The notes: generated by a model from the letters alone, not told the origin. DNA of 64,000 nucleotides from Macrostomum lignano (GCA_002269645.1 NIVC01000977.1:124001-188000); one strand, 5' to 3'; positions 13,703 to 24,605 are shown, counted from the stretch's first letter. Numbers and translations are program-made.

Positions 13703-16700
13703 ACTACTATATGAACCCGTATCCGTTGATTTTGGAGGTGGGGTGGGTGTCAACCCTCCTCGCCTCTCATTGGCTGGCGCCCCGATCACTAGGTGATCGA
13801 TACCCGTATCGATATCGGCGCTCGGCGCGCGCGCGCGCCGCAGGCGCCAAGCGCCGCAGGCGACCCTCCCCAGCCGCAGGCGCACCTACCGATATTAGAT
13901 CCCAAATCAATCAGATCCCAAATCAATCAGATCCCAAATCAATCAGATCCCAAGCGCACCCTCCCGAGCCGCAGGCGTCCATGCAGCAGGCGCCCCTCCC
14001 CGCCGCACGCGCCCTCCCCCGACATGTATGCCGCAGGCGCCCTCCCCGTCTCAGGCGCCCCTCCCGATATGTATGCGCACTCTCCCTATATGTACACCGA
14101 TATGTATGCAGCAGGCGCCCCGAGTGTACACTCCCCCGATATGTGTGTACACCGATATGTAGTCATCGATACGGGCCTCTTCCCCTCTCTCACCTACATC
14201 TCAACTAGCGAAATCGAACCCAGGTCGCGCCCATACTAGGACACTACACGGTTGTGGGGTATAGGGAGCGAGAAGTTTCAACCCTAACGCTGACGCAGCC
14301 CTGTACAGTGAGAGTGTACGGGCAGAGAGGGGTGGCGCGGACAGAGAACCAGCCACTAGGTTGTTATACTGTTGAAGCATAGGGAGCGAGAAGTTTTAAC
14401 CCCGATGCTGACGCAGCCCTGTACACTGAGCGTGTACGGGCAGAGGGTGGGTGGAAAGAGATGTGAATAACACAGCCTGCTGCAGGAGCCGGATAGAGAG
14501 GCGCATGCTAGGACAGAGAGGTAGTGTGAGTCACACACACCCCACAGAGAAAGCCATACAGAGGATAGAGAGCTCCCTCCCCAGTTGCAGGGGACAGAGA
14601 GGCAGGCAGGGTATGCAGGGGCATGCGAACCGTCAAGGGGCCACGCGAGGATAGAGTGGAGGAGCAGAGATGTGTTTGGACAGAGAGCCAGCCACGTGTG
14701 CGTAGTGTGAGGGAACAGAAACATATGGAGCAGGAGGGAGATAGGAAGCAAACGCGCAGGGTAAGGGAGCCACACAGGGCGGTACAGTGAGACACGGGCA
14801 GGGGTGGAGCCGTGCGTGGACAGAGCTGAACGGCACGGTCAGCTGCAGGAATAGGATGATAGAGAGGCGCGGAGGGGGACAGAGAGCAGTGTGCAGGGGT
14901 AGGCAGCCACGCAGGCTGGGGAACAGAGAGGCGCGTGTCAGCCAGTTGCAGCCCGGGACAGAGAAGTATGAAGGGGGGCCTGGGACAGAGTTCCGAGCAA
15001 GGCACAGAGGTAGGGTCCTGTAGCTATGTATAGGCAGGGAGCCACGCGAGGGCAGGACAGGGGAGCAGACATGCAAGTTGCATGCAAGGCCAGAGAGGTG
15101 TGCGCGGAGGGAGACAGAGAGCAGTGTGTAGGGGTAGGTAACAGCAAACTTTAGTAGCGGCGCGTGCGGGGACGGAGAAACCAGTCAGAGCATACAGAGA
15201 CGTTACAGAGAGGTACACAAGCAGAGACCAAAGCGAGCAGAGCACATGTGTAGGGACAGAGACGTGAGGGAGAATCGACCAAAACACGCTATGTATTTTC
15301 AAAAGTTGGTTTTAGTGCAACATGTTTAATAGTGGGTAGTATAATAGTATGTACATAGTAGGTATAATAGTAGTAATAATAGTAAGCATATTAGCCCAAA
15401 AGGTAGACTAAAACAGGCTAAACTGTGTGTACGCATCCTCATCACCCCACAAGCCCCCTCTCCCGCCAGACTCACTCTACCAAACCCTCCTGTATTGCTG
15501 CATGAAGGAAAATATAGTGTAAAAATACAGATCTTAACCGTCAGACCGCTGAAATCAGGGCACACTAGAGGGGGTTTCGGGGTCTGCATGCTCTATGTAA
15601 GCTGCTTGAGGAGGTTCCAAGGGCGTTGTGAGGGTTTCCATTATGTTTTGAAAAAAACTAGAGGCTTAAATACAACGTTTTATTCAAAAGTAGGTTATTT
15701 TAATGAAATAGCTGACACAATCATTGTCGAGAGTAGAAATTTTTATAAGAAACCAGGCATTTTAGCAAAAATAAACCTTCAAACCACATAAAATTGAATA
15801 AAAAGCAGACATTTTCAATTATAAACCGCAAGTATTTTAATAGAAAAGTAAGCAAACAAGGCACAAAACCAGCAAATTTTACCTTTTTATTTTAATGTTA
15901 CTGATAAGGTAGAGAGTAGAAACTTGTGAGCTGTACGGAGTTAGAAAGTATTAACCATTATGTATCGTATGAATTATTAGTTCAGTACCAGCCATTGGTC
16001 AAGCGAGCATTTATGAAGTTATTACGAGTGATGAAGGGATAGAGAGCTATATACAGGAAGACAGTATCCTTCTAAACCACCACGAACAGATTGCTAATAG
16101 AGATAAGCTTTGTCTGTGTGCAGTATGAGTAAGCGAAGGCGGGGCAAATACTTTTCCACATGCCGGACAGAACAGTATTGTGCTAGGATTTCTCTCGAAA
16201 TCGCGGTACGTTACTAGTTTTTATCACACCATCCAGATGCGTCAACTAGTCAGCAGTAGTCATTTATATGTTATTAGAACTTACAAACCCAGGTCAAGTA
16301 AATATTACAAAGAGTATATTACGTACACACACCAACTACGAATACCAAGCCATACTAGTCTACTTGCAGTGCTCCTGGAGGGAAGGGACGGCGGGGTGTA
16401 CATCCGGCAGGGTGGGCGTCCAGCGAGTGTACATCTGACAGGATGGGTGTTCAGCAAGTGTACATCTGACAGGGTGGGCGTTCAGCAAGTGTACCTTCAG
16501 CGTCGAGTAGGTGTACACCCGTCAGTGGGAACTCAGCCCCTCCCACCAATGTCGTGTGCATGCGGTTAGTCAGTATAGTGGTGGGGTAGACGGTGCAGGA
16601 AGGAAACCCAGATGCTGACGCTGCCCTGTACAGCGAGCAACCAGCCCTCCTGTAGCAGGAGGGGGACAGAGAGTGCGTGGAGGCAGTAGGAGATAGAGGA

Positions 16701-18264
16701 CGCTACCCGGCATGTCGCAGCACGCGGCGCGGGACAGAGAGGCAGTGTGTAAGTCACCCCCACAGGGAGAGCTGCCCTGGCAGGAGGCGCGGGACAGAGA
16801 GGCGGTGAATCACACCCCACGGAGAGAGCCGTACAGCGAGCTTCCCCACCCGAGTCCGGTAAATATTACAGAGTATTACGTGCACACGCCAGCCCTGAAT
16901 ACCAAGCCATACTAGTCTACCTGCAGTGCTCCCAGAGGGAAGGGATGGTCAGGAGTTACACACCAAGAATGCATTCATACAAAGAGTACACAACTCGAGC
17001 CCAGACACCAAGTCACAGTCTACTTACAGTAGAGATGGTAGATTAATAGCAAGATTATATTACAATTAGACCTCCCTAGCACATGAGGAGTGAAATTCAA
17101 TAATAATTGAATTCAATAATAATACAACATTTAGACGTAGTAATTTAATTACAAAATACCACTAACACTGAGCCAACGAATTGTAGGTTACAAAGGAGTT
17201 GCCACTCATATGGAAAGCCAGTATAATGCAGGTGTATATTATTAAAACATAGACAAAAACGATGCAGACGTATATACACACTATTGATTTTGTACATGTA
17301 CATTTCGGCATATTACCACACATCGCAGGCACATATTATATATCGGGGGATAGGTTAAAATACACACATCGTAGATGTAGAAGCAGACACAATGCAGGAA
17401 AATTATGATACGAGTGTACATATTAGTGCGTAAAAGTATCATATTATGACACCCTGTAGCACATATTGACATAATGCAGGGGAAAATATTGACAGAAATA
17501 GTACACAATTGTAGAGGTAACAACCCGCCAACTAGTAAGGACATCCAGCACTTGTTCAGGTTTTTATTATTTCGAGACGAGTGTCATGCCCCCGCAAGAG
17601 ATCTTATCAGAAATTTGTTGAACTCCACTGCAACTCTCCCCAGAGCCTCCAAATGTGAGTTTTTAACCCAGGGTCGAGTACAAAGGACCCGCCCACTCTT
17701 AACCCCAAGGGGTGATCGTAGCGGAGACCAAGTACAGTGCGGACGGAGAGGGGTAACAGAAAGCGCTGCATCAGACCGCAGGGCTGCATTCCTCCCCCGA
17801 GGTAGGCGCGTCAGCTCCCACTCCTCATTTAACCATCAAGTAAACTAAAGAAGTCAAGCAGAAAGCCTTACAATCACCCGCAACCAGCACAAGTAAGAGT
17901 ACTTTCCACTAGAGAGCCATAGTGCAAGATTCGCGAGCCAAGTTGAAGAAGCACACCAAATTACACTAAAGACATATGTATTAAAAAGCATACCGGCACC
18001 TCTACAAAAACACAGTATGTACCGATTAAAGTTGCTTTTGGTGCAGTGTATTTAATAAAAAGCAGGTACCTAACACAAAAGTAGGCATCAATGCAGTGCA
18101 CGGACTAAACTGTATTTACAAACGCAGGGCAACGAACTACACACAATGTAGCGCATAGACATAATTGTACGCATAAATGTACGCAATTTCCGGTATATAG
18201 GACCACATGTACGCAAATGTACACAATGTACACAAACAAACACACACACACACAAACACAAACA

Positions 18265-18303
<39 letters not shown>

Positions 18304-18390
18304 AGGCGTATCCTGCAGAGCGCATCCTGCAGCGCCGATCGCCGCAGGCGATGGCGCCATCGGCAGGAAGCTCTTGCTGTGAATACGCCT

Positions 18391-18439
<49 letters not shown>

Positions 18440-21400
18440 TGTTTGTGTGTGTGTGTGTTTGTTTGTGTACATTGTGTACATTTGCGTACATGTGGTCCTA
18501 TATACCGGAAATTGCGTACATTTATGCGTACAATTATGTCTATGCGCTACATTGTGTGTAGTTCGTTGCCCTGCGTTTGTAAATACAGTTTAGTCCGTGC
18601 ACTGCATTGATGCCTACTTTTGTGTTAGGTACCTGCTTTTTATTAAATACACTGCACCAAAAGCAACTTTAATCGGTACATACTGTGTTTTTGTAGAGGT
18701 GCCGGTATGCTTTTTAATACATATGTCTTTAGTGTAATTTGGTGTGCTTCTTCAACTTGGCTCGCGAATCTTGCACTATGGCTCTCTAGTGGAAAGTACT
18801 CTTACTTGTGCTGGTTGCGGGTGATTGTAAGGCTTTCTGCTTGACTTCTTTAGTTTACTTGATGGTTAAATGAGGAGTGGGAGCTGACGCGCCTACCTCG
18901 GGGAGGAATGCAGCCCTGCGGTCTGATGCAGCGCTTTCTGTTACCCCTCTCCGTCCGCACTGTACTTGGTCTCCGCTACGATCACCCCTTGGGGTTAAGA
19001 GTGGGCGGGTCCTTTGTACTCGACCCTGGGTTAAAAACTCACATTTGGAGGCTCTGGGGAGAGTTGCAGTGGAGTTCAACAAATTTCTGATAAGATCTCT
19101 TGCGGGGGCATGACACTCGTCTCGAAATAATAAAAACCTGAACAAGTGCTGGATGTCCTTACTAGTTGGCGGGTTGTTACCTCTACAATTGTGTACTATT
19201 TCTGTCAATATTTTCCCCTGCATTATGTCAATATGTGCTACAGGGTGTCATAATATGATACTTTTACGCACTAATATGTACACTCGTATCATAATTTTCC
19301 TGCATTGTGTCTGCTTCTACATCTACGATGTGTGTATTTTAACCTATCCCCCGATATATAATATGTGCCTGCGATGTGTGGTAATATGCCGAAATGTACA
19401 TGTACAAAATCAATAGTGTGTATATACGTCTGCATCGTTTTTGTCTATGTTTTAATAATATACACCTGCATTATACTGGCTTTCCATATGAGTGGCAACT
19501 CCTTTGTAACCTACAATTCGTTGGCTCAGTGTTAGTGGTATTTTGTAATTAAATTACTACGTCTAAATGTTGTATTATTATTGAATTCAATTATTATTGA
19601 ATTTCACTCCTCATGTGCTAGGGAGGTCTAATTGTAATATAATCTTGCTATTAATCTACCATCTCTACTGTAAGTAGACTGTGACTTGGTGTCTGGGCTC
19701 GAGTTGTGTACTCTTTGTATGAATGCATTCTTGGTGTGTAACTCCTGACCATCCCTTCCCTCTGGGAGCACTGCAGGTAGACTAGTATGGCTTGGTATTC
19801 AGGGCTGGCGTGTGCACGTAATACTCTGTAATATTTACCGGACTCGGGTGGGGAAGCTCGCTGTACGGCTCTCTCCGTGGGGTGTGATTCACCGCCTCTC
19901 TGTCCCGCGCCTCCTGCCAGGGCAGCTCTCCCTGTGGGGGTGACTTACACACTGCCTCTCTGTCCCGCGCCGCGTGCTGCGACATGCCGGGTAGCGTCCT
20001 CTATCTCCTACTGCCTCCACGCACTCTCTGTCCCCCTCCTGCTACAGGAGGGCTGGTTGCTCGCTGTACAGGGCAGCGTCAGCATCTGGGTTTCCTTCCT
20101 GCACCGTCTACCCCACCACTATACTGACTAACCGCATGCACACGACATTGGTGGGAGGGGCTGAGTTCCCACTGACGGGTGTACACCTACTCGACGCTGA
20201 AGGTACACTTGCTGAACGCCCACCCTGTCAGATGTACACTTGCTGAACACCCATCCTGTCAGATGTACACTCGCTGGACGCCCACCCTGCCGGATGTACA
20301 CCCCGCCGTCCCTTCCCTCCAGGAGCACTGCAAGTAGACTAGTATGGCTTGGTATTCGTAGTTGGTGTGTGTACGTAATATACTCTTTGTAATATTTACT
20401 TGACCTGGGTTTGTAAGTTCTAATAACATATAAATGACTACTGCTGACTAGTTGACGCATCTGGATGGTGTGATAAAAACTAGTAACGTACCGCGATTTC
20501 GAGAGAAATCCTAGCACAATACTGTTCTGTCCGGCATGTGGAAAAGTATTTGCCCCGCCTTCGCTTACTCATACTGCACACAGACAAAGCTTATCTCTAT
20601 TAGCAATCTGTTCGTGGTGGTTTAGAAGGATACTGTCTTCCTGTATATAGCTCTCTATCCCTTCATCACTCGTAATAACTTCATAAATGCTCGCTTGACC
20701 AATGGCTGGTACTGAACTAATAATTCATACGATACATAATGGTTAATACTTTCTAACTCCGTACAGCTCACAAGTTTCTACTCTCTACCTTATCAGTAAC
20801 ATTAAAATAAAAAGGTAAAATTTGCTGGTTTTGTGCCTTGTTTGCTTACTTTTCTATTAAAATACTTGCGGTTTATAATTGAAAATGTCTGCTTTTTATT
20901 CAATTTTATGTGGTTTGAAGGTTTATTTTTGCTAAAATGCCTGGTTTCTTATAAAAATTTCTACTCTCGACAATGATTGTGTCAGCTATTTCATTAAAAT
21001 AACCTACTTTTGAATAAAACGTTGTATTTAAGCCTCTAGTTTTTTTCAAAACATAATGGAAACCCTCACAACGCCCTTGGAACCTCCTCAAGCAGCTTAC
21101 ATAGAGCATGCAGACCCCGAAACCCCCTCTAGTGTGCCCTGATTTCAGCGGTCTGACGGTTAAGATCTGTATTTTTACACTATATTTTCCTTCATGCAGC
21201 AATACAGGAGGGTTTGGTAGAGTGAGTCTGGCGGGAGAGGGGGCTTGTGGGGTGATGAGGATGCGTACACACAGTTTAGCCTGTTTTAGTCTACCTTTTG
21301 GGCTAATATGCTTACTATTATTACTACTATTATACCTACTATGTACATACTATTATACTACCCACTATTAAACATGTTGCACTAAAACCAACTTTTGAAA

Positions 21401-22993
21401 ATACATAGCGTGTTTTGGTCGATTCTCCCTCACGTCTCTGTCCCTACACATGTGCTCTGCTCGCTTTGGTCTCTGCTTGTGTACCTCTCTGTAACGTCTC
21501 TGTATGCTCTGACTGGTTTCTCCGTCCCCGCACGCGCCGCTACTAAAGTTTGCTGTTACCTACCCCTACACACTGCTCTCTGTCTCCCTCCGCGCACACC
21601 TCTCTGGCCTTGCATGCAACTTGCATGTCTGCTCCCCTGTCCTGCCCTCGCGTGGCTCCCTGCCTATACATAGCTACAGGACCCTACCTCTGTGCCTTGC
21701 TCGGAACTCTGTCCCAGGCCCCCCTTCATACTTCTCTGTCCCGGGCTGCAACTGGCTGACACGCGCCTCTCTGTTCCCCAGCCTGCGTGGCTGCCTACCC
21801 CTGCACACTGCTCTCTGTCCCCCTCCGCGCCTCTCTATCATCCTATTCCTGCAGCTGACCGTGCCGTTCAGCTCTGTCCACGCACGGCTCCACCCCTGCC
21901 CGTGTCTCACTGTACCGCCCTGTGTGGCTCCCTTACCCTGCGCGTTTGCTTCCTATCTCCCTCCTGCTCCATATGTTTCTGTTCCCTCACACTACGCACA
22001 CGTGGCTGGCTCTCTGTCCAAACACATCTCTGCTCCTCCACTCTATCCTCGCGTGGCCCCTTGACGGTTCGCATGCCCCTGCATACCCTGCCTGCCTCTC
22101 TGTCCCCTGCAACTGGGGAGGGAGCTCTCTATCCTCTGTATGGCTTTCTCTGTGGGGTGTGTGTGACTCACACTACCTCTCTGTCCTAGCATGCGCCTCT
22201 CTATCCGGCTCCTGCAGCAGGCTGTGTTATTCACATCTCTTTCCACCCACCCTCTGCCCGTACACGCTCAGTGTACAGGGCTGCGTCAGCATCGGGGTTA
22301 AAACTTCTCGCTCCCTATGCTTCAACAGTATAACAACCTAGTGGCTGGTTCTCTGTCCGCGCCACCCCTCTCTGCCCGTACACTCTCACTGTACAGGGCT
22401 GCGTCAGCGTTAGGGTTGAAACTTCTCGCTCCCTATACCCCACAACCGTGTAGTGTCCTAGTATGGGCGCGACCTGGGTTCGATTTCGCTAGTTGAGATG
22501 TAGGTGAGAGAGGGGAAGAGGCCCGTATCGATGACTACATATCGGTGTACACACATATCGGGGGAGTGTACACTCGGGCGCCTGCTGCATACATATCGGT
22601 GTACATATAGGGAGAGTGCGCATACATATCGGGAGGGGCGCCTGAGACGGGGAGGGCGCCTGCGGCATACATGTCGGGGGAGGGCGCGTGCGGCGGGGAG
22701 GGGCGCCTGCTGCATGGACGCCTGCGGCTCGGGAGGGTGCGCTTGGGATCTGATTGATTTGGGATCTGATTGATTTGGGATCTGATTGATTTGGGATCTG
22801 ATTGATTTATTGGGATCTAATATCGGGAGGGTGCGCCTGCGGCGCTTGGCGCCTGCGGCGCGCGCGCGCGCCGAGCGCCGATATCGATACGGGTATCGAT
22901 CACCTAGTGATCGGGGCGCCAGCCAATGAGAGGCGAGGAGGGTTGACACCCACCCCACCTCCAAAATCAACGGATACGGGTTCATATAGTAGT
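13703..22993. mobile_element. 9.3-kb fully palindromic (fold-back) inserted element with 6-bp TSD; family unknown, Polinton-like ends, apparently non-autonomous
   Basis: Left arm 13703-18311 is the reverse complement of right arm 18383-22993; mirror ORF pairs have coordinates summing to 36697 from 14356 to 17607. Termini ACTACTATATGAACCCG...CGGGTTCATATAGTAGT. Flanked by direct repeat CTCACC (13697-13702 and 22994-22999). The uninterrupted target context is present at about 23101-23150. No ORF over 175 aa and no recognisable domain. Confidence 0.8.
18312..18382. other. Central 71-bp imperfect hairpin/spacer of the giant palindrome
   Basis: Non-mirrored segment CCTGCAGAGCGCATCCTGCAGCGCCGATCGCCGCAGGCGATGGCGCCATCGGCAGGAAGCTCTTGCTGTGA between arm ends ...CTCAGGCGTAT and ATACGCCTGAG..., flanked by (CA)n/(TG)n tracts. 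Confidence 0.85.
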
Positions 22994-23680
22994 CTCACCT
23001 ACTCACTCTACCCGGTTCTATACTCCTCCCTACCCTACTCTACCGGGTCTCTAATCTCATCTACCCACTCTACCAGGTATCTACTCTCCCTTACTCTACT
23101 CTACCGGTCCTCTAATCTCACCTACTCACTCTACCCGGTTCTATACTCTTTCCTACCCTACTCTACCGGGTCTCTAATCTGATCTACCTAATCTATCAGG
23201 TCTCTACTCTCCCCTACCCTACTCTACCGGTCCTCTAATCTCACCTACCCACTCTACCTGGTTCTCTACTCTCCCCTACCCTACTCTACCGGGCCTCTAA
23301 TCTCACATAATCACTCTACCAGGTCTCTACTCTCCCTTACCCTACTCTACCGGGTCTCTAATCTGATCTACCTAATCTATCAGGTCTCTACTCTCCCCTA
23401 CCCTACTCTACCGGGTCTCTAATCTCACCTACCCACTGCCAGGTCTCTACTCTCCCCTACCCTACTGTACCGGGTCTCTAATCTCACCTACCCACTCTAC
23501 CTGGTTCTCTACTCTCCCCTACCCTACTCTACCGGGCCTCTAATCTCACATAATCACTCTACCAGGTCTCTACTCTCCCTTACCCTACTCTACCGGGTCT
23601 CTAATCTGATCTACCTAATCTATCAGGTCTCTACTCTCCCCTATCCTACTCTGCCGGGTCTGTAACCCTCTATCCCACTC
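22994..23680. repeat. 59-bp minisatellite, right part (more diverged variants)
   Basis: Same unit family as 12285-13702 resuming immediately after the TSD. Confidence 0.92.
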
Positions 23681-24162
23681 TACTCTCCTTTTTCCACAGC
23701 TTCTAACGTTGACGCATTTTTTTAACTTACACTTTTGAACTAATACAATGTAAATATTAATAGAAAATGACCAAGTCAGAAACTTCCCGGAAAATGCATC
23801 CGACAAGCGAACGGAAATGTACCATTTTTATTTGAATCAATTTTTCTTTTCTCTGTTCTTCAAAGCAAATTGCGAAACACAGCGAACGTATCTGGCATTT
23901 ATCAACATCGAATGACTGGCTTATTAAGCAAGCGCAAGTGTTTCGGCTCACCATCGAAACAAACAACATAAAAACTGCAGCTGCTGCTGAAATCGAAATT
24001 TAACAATATAATTAACCAGGTATGTCTGAAAATAGAATTCACGATGCAGGTAGCTACTTACGTATTCCTCGAATTATAGGATATAAGGAAATCCAGAGAG
24101 ATAGCTAGAAGAGACTTTCTGCCTTTTTTGTCAGAAGTAAGTTCAACAGTTCAATTCAAAGC

Positions 24163-24440
24163 GCGAGTTGTATCCCATAGGACCCGAGCTCGATTCCAGA
24201 CATGCCATAGGACCCGAGCTCGATTCCAGACATGCCATAGGACCCGAGCTCGATTCCAGACATGCCATAGGACCCGAGCTCGATTCCAGACATGCCATAG
24301 GACCCGAGCTTGATTCCAGACATGCCATAGGACCCGAGCTCGATTCCAGACATGCCATAGGACCCGAGCTCGATTCCAGACATGCCATAGGACCCGAGCT
24401 TGATTCCAGACATCCCATAGGACCCGAGCTCTATTCCAGG
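24163..24440. repeat. 30-bp minisatellite downstream of the eIF2B gamma stop codon
   Basis: Unit ATAGGACCCGAGCTCGATTCCAGACATGCC, about 9 copies. Confidence 0.95.
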
Positions 24441-24605
24441 TATCAAATAGAATTCCAATTCGATTTTAAGGCGAGATAATTGTTTGGGATGCTATTAAAA
24501 TTTTGGAAAATTTAAATCTCTAGAGACTTCGAGACAACTTTGCTGTATTAGGAAGCATTTAAAACAAGATTTTCCTGTCAGATCAAACCGCCACCATTTT
24601 AAATC

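Noticed and set aside
13702-13710. CACTA-superfamily terminus (CACTACT at 13702)
   Set aside because: The right end reads AGTAGT-C, not AGTAGT-G, so the C belongs to the 6-bp TSD. CACTA elements make 2-3-bp TSDs.
18088-18610. Cys/Val- or His/Thr-rich ORFs around the palindrome axis
   Set aside because: They are translations of (CA)n/(TG)n microsatellites.
14356-22341. The many 60-165-aa ORFs mirrored in both palindrome arms
   Set aside because: Low-complexity products (Ser/Leu/Pro/Cys-rich) of GA/CT-biased repeats. No transposase, integrase, polymerase, HUH or capsid motifs were recognised.
13703-22993. Palindrome as a pure assembly or read fold-back artefact
   Set aside because: Not favoured: unique sequence continues correctly on both sides, there is a 6-bp TSD with an intact empty-site copy nearby, and the arms have structured differences. 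It cannot be fully excluded without reads.
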